Assembly: GCA_044224875.1 (NCBI GenBank)
Contig: JBGAJQ010000088.1
Span: 1 to 19,311 of the forward strand
From: Gemmatimonadaceae bacterium
GTDB lineage: Bacteria; Gemmatimonadota; Gemmatimonadetes; Gemmatimonadales; Gemmatimonadaceae
Direction: 5' to 3'
DNA length: 19,311 nt
Shown: positions 17,186-19,311 of the stretch, piece by piece
Layout: each line of letters starts with the position of its first letter
How positions within the stretch are numbered: position 1 is the first letter of the stretch
Translations under genes and position numbers: made by a program
Notes under the pieces: generated by a model
Told to the model about the DNA's origin: nothing
Database searches by the model: none
The model's input: only the letters and a program-made list of their open reading frames with translations

Positions 17186-19224
17186 CGACGCATGCCTTCC
17201 GCTGGTCGGCCCGCGCGTTGCGTGCATGGTGGGTGGTACTCGCCATGAGCGCCGCGGCTTTCGTCCCTGGACGGCTTCGCGCCCAGATCTCACCTGGGCC
17301 ACTCGCTCGCGCCCACGCCGAGTTCGAGGGAGCCACCAACTGCGTGCAATGTCATGGGCTCAAGCGCGAGCCGATGTCGCAGATGTGCCTGGCCTGTCAC
17401 AAGGAAATCGCCTGGCTCATCGACAAAAACCGCGGCTATCACCCAAAAGAAGTGAAAGTCGCGAAGAAGGAATGCGCATCGTGTCACCCCGATCACGCGG
17501 GCACGGGATTCAAGATGATCGAGTGGCCCGGCGGCTCAGCCGAGAAGTTCGATCACCAGAAGGCGGGCTGGCTGCTGGACGGGAAGCACGCGGACACCAA
17601 GTGCGAGAAGTGCCATGCCACCAAGTTCAGGACTGGCCCAGCTGCAACGCTGTCCAAACGCAAGAACGGCGCTGGCTGGGTCGGGTTGGAGGCCGACTGC
17701 ATCACGTGCCACAAGGCGGACGACGTCCACAAGGGCGACCTGAAGGACCGATGTGAGTCCTGCCACGACGCAAAAGACTGGACGCACGCCCCCAAGTTCG
17801 ATCACGACAAGAGCGACTATCCGCTCACCGGCAAGCACGTCGACGTGGAGTGCGACGAGTGCCATATCACGCCGAAACTACCGGTGCGCCAGAACGCCGA
17901 CGGTGAGCGCGTGGGTACATTCAGTCCCGTGCCGTTCAAGGAGTGCTCCTCGTGTCACGCCGATCCGCACAAGGGCAACCTAGGGTCGAAGTGCGGGGAC
18001 TGCCATGTGACGCGCGGCTTTCAGATCATCGACAAGACAGGCTTCAACCACCAGGTCACGAAGTATCCGCTCCGGGGCAAGCACGTGTCGGTGGCGTGCG
18101 AGAAGTGCCATGGCGCGAACCTGGTCAAGAAAACGATGCCGTTCGCCAAGTGCATCGATTGCCACATGGACTCCCACAAGGGCGAGGCCACGCTGGCCGG
18201 CAAGACCGTGGACTGCGCGTCGTGCCACAAGGTGGAGGGCTTCACCCCTTCCACGTACAGCGTCGCGCAACACCAGACGGCCAAATACGCGCTGGATGGG
18301 AAGCACGCCACCGTGAAGTGCGCGCTGTGCCACAAACCGGTGAGCGTCGCTCCCGGAGTCCAGCGCGTGGCGCGCATTCGCGTGGAGTCGTCGAAGTGTT
18401 CGAGCTGCCACCAGGACGCGCACGGTGGTGAGACGGCGGCCCGCGCCGACGGTGGGCTATGTGAGAGCTGCCACACGGTCGCGGCCTTCGCGCCAAGCTC
18501 CTTCGACGTCAAGGCGCATGCCGCGTTGAAGGTGACGCTTGAGGGACGGCATGGACAGGTGCCGTGCGCCGCGTGCCATGGACCTGCGCGGCCGGGCTTG
18601 TCAACGCTGCCCGCACCGTCGACGCGTAAGGCGAAACTCACACTCGTGTTGAAGGAGAAAACCTGCGACGGGTGTCATGTAGACCCGCACGCAGGACGCT
18701 ACAACGAGAAGGGCACGCTGTCCGTGAGTAGCGGCTGCGCGACGTGTCATAACGCGGTCGCCTGGCGGCCATCGACGCTGACGCTCGCTGTCCATGCGAC
18801 CTTTTCATATCCCCTGGACGGCGGGCATCGAACTGTTCCGTGCGTCGCCTGCCATGATGAAATGAAGATGAAAGCAGCGCCAGCGACCCTGTTGCAGACG
18901 GCAAAAGGTGTCGCATCGCTGCCGTTCACGAAGAAGCGAGCCACCACCTGCGTCACGTGCCACGAGACACCGCACGGCGACCAGTTCGCACACCGCAAGG
19001 ACAAGGGAGTGTGCGAGGGATGTCATACGGTCGAGACCTTCATCCCGGCCGTCAGATTCAATCACGACAAGGACGCGTCGTTCGCGCTGGCGGGAGCACA
19101 TGCGAAGGTCCCGTGTGCGTCCTGTCACAAGGCGAACGCCTCCGATCGCCGTATACTGTACCGGCCACTCTCGGGCAAATGTGAGAGCTGCCACGCCGGA
19201 ACACTGCCGAAGGGTGACGCATGA
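17182..19224 (+). CDS. Periplasmic multiheme cytochrome c, 23 CxxCH motifs
   Basis: Sec-type signal ending ...GRLRA-QISPG. 23 CxxCH motifs counted in the translation. Repeated FxH...PLxGxH...CxxCH...CxxCH..H...CxxCH units. ATGA overlap with the upstream gene. Confidence 0.95.
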   Translation: MTTHAFRWSARALRAWWVVLAMSAAAFVPGRLRAQISPGPLARAHAEFEGATNCVQCHGLKREPMSQMCLACHKEIAWLIDKNRGYHPKEVKVAKKECASCHPDHAGTGFKMIEWPGGSAEKFDHQKAGWLLDGKHADTKCEKCHATKFRTGPAATLSKRKNGAGWVGLEADCITCHKADDVHKGDLKDRCESCHDAKDWTHAPKFDHDKSDYPLTGKHVDVECDECHITPKLPVRQNADGERVGTFSPVPFKECSSCHADPHKGNLGSKCGDCHVTRGFQIIDKTGFNHQVTKYPLRGKHVSVACEKCHGANLVKKTMPFAKCIDCHMDSHKGEATLAGKTVDCASCHKVEGFTPSTYSVAQHQTAKYALDGKHATVKCALCHKPVSVAPGVQRVARIRVESSKCSSCHQDAHGGETAARADGGLCESCHTVAAFAPSSFDVKAHAALKVTLEGRHGQVPCAACHGPARPGLSTLPAPSTRKAKLTLVLKEKTCDGCHVDPHAGRYNEKGTLSVSSGCATCHNAVAWRPSTLTLAVHATFSYPLDGGHRTVPCVACHDEMKMKAAPATLLQTAKGVASLPFTKKRATTCVTCHETPHGDQFAHRKDKGVCEGCHTVETFIPAVRFNHDKDASFALAGAHAKVPCASCHKANASDRRILYRPLSGKCESCHAGTLPKGDA

Positions 19225-19311
19225 ACCGCCTGCGCCTGCCGTTCATTCTGGTTTCATTATTCCTCTTCCCGCTGCACCTGACGGCGCAGCAGGGCGGCGG
19301 TGTTCCGACCC
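19221..19311 (+). CDS. Start of next exported protein of the cytochrome operon (truncated by window edge)
   Basis: ATG 19221 overlaps the TGA of the cytochrome (ATGA). Translation MNRLRLPFILVSLFLFPLHLTAQQGGGVPT looks like a Sec signal peptide (LTA-Q). The frame is open to the window end. Confidence 0.75.
   Translation, partial: MNRLRLPFILVSLFLFPLHLTAQQGGGVPT

Overview
High-GC bacterial chromosomal window with no rRNA, tRNA, CRISPR or mobile element. The gene content (VPS10/BNR protein, ECF43-type sigma plus TPR kinase, DUF5916-type outer-membrane protein) is suggestive of Gemmatimonadota or similar; that taxonomy is inference. From left to right: (1) the 3' end of a VPS10/BNR-type glycosyl-hydrolase-like gene (+). 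(2) A minus-strand run encoding a CBM9/DUF5916-type outer-membrane protein, rhomboid protease, membrane GGDEF cyclase, TMEM175-type channel, TIGR02999/ECF43-type sigma factor and Ser/Thr kinase-TPR protein. It is preceded by a sigma70-like promoter overlaid with three TACGAA-N4-TTCGTA-type palindromes. (3) A divergent COG0523/CobW-like GTPase (+). (4) A Tat-exported GH116 glycosidase (-). (5) An internally deleted EVE-domain pseudogene. (6) A tightly coupled + strand redox operon running off the right edge: a predicted di-heme-b membrane protein, a membrane-anchored Zn-ribbon/2x[4Fe-4S]/circularly permuted TrxR-like flavoprotein, a 23-heme periplasmic cytochrome c built from triheme repeats, and another exported protein. 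This last operon is the best candidate for an under-described system, a putative NAD(P)H-to-periplasm/extracellular electron conduit. All family assignments come from motif recognition by eye, not database searches.
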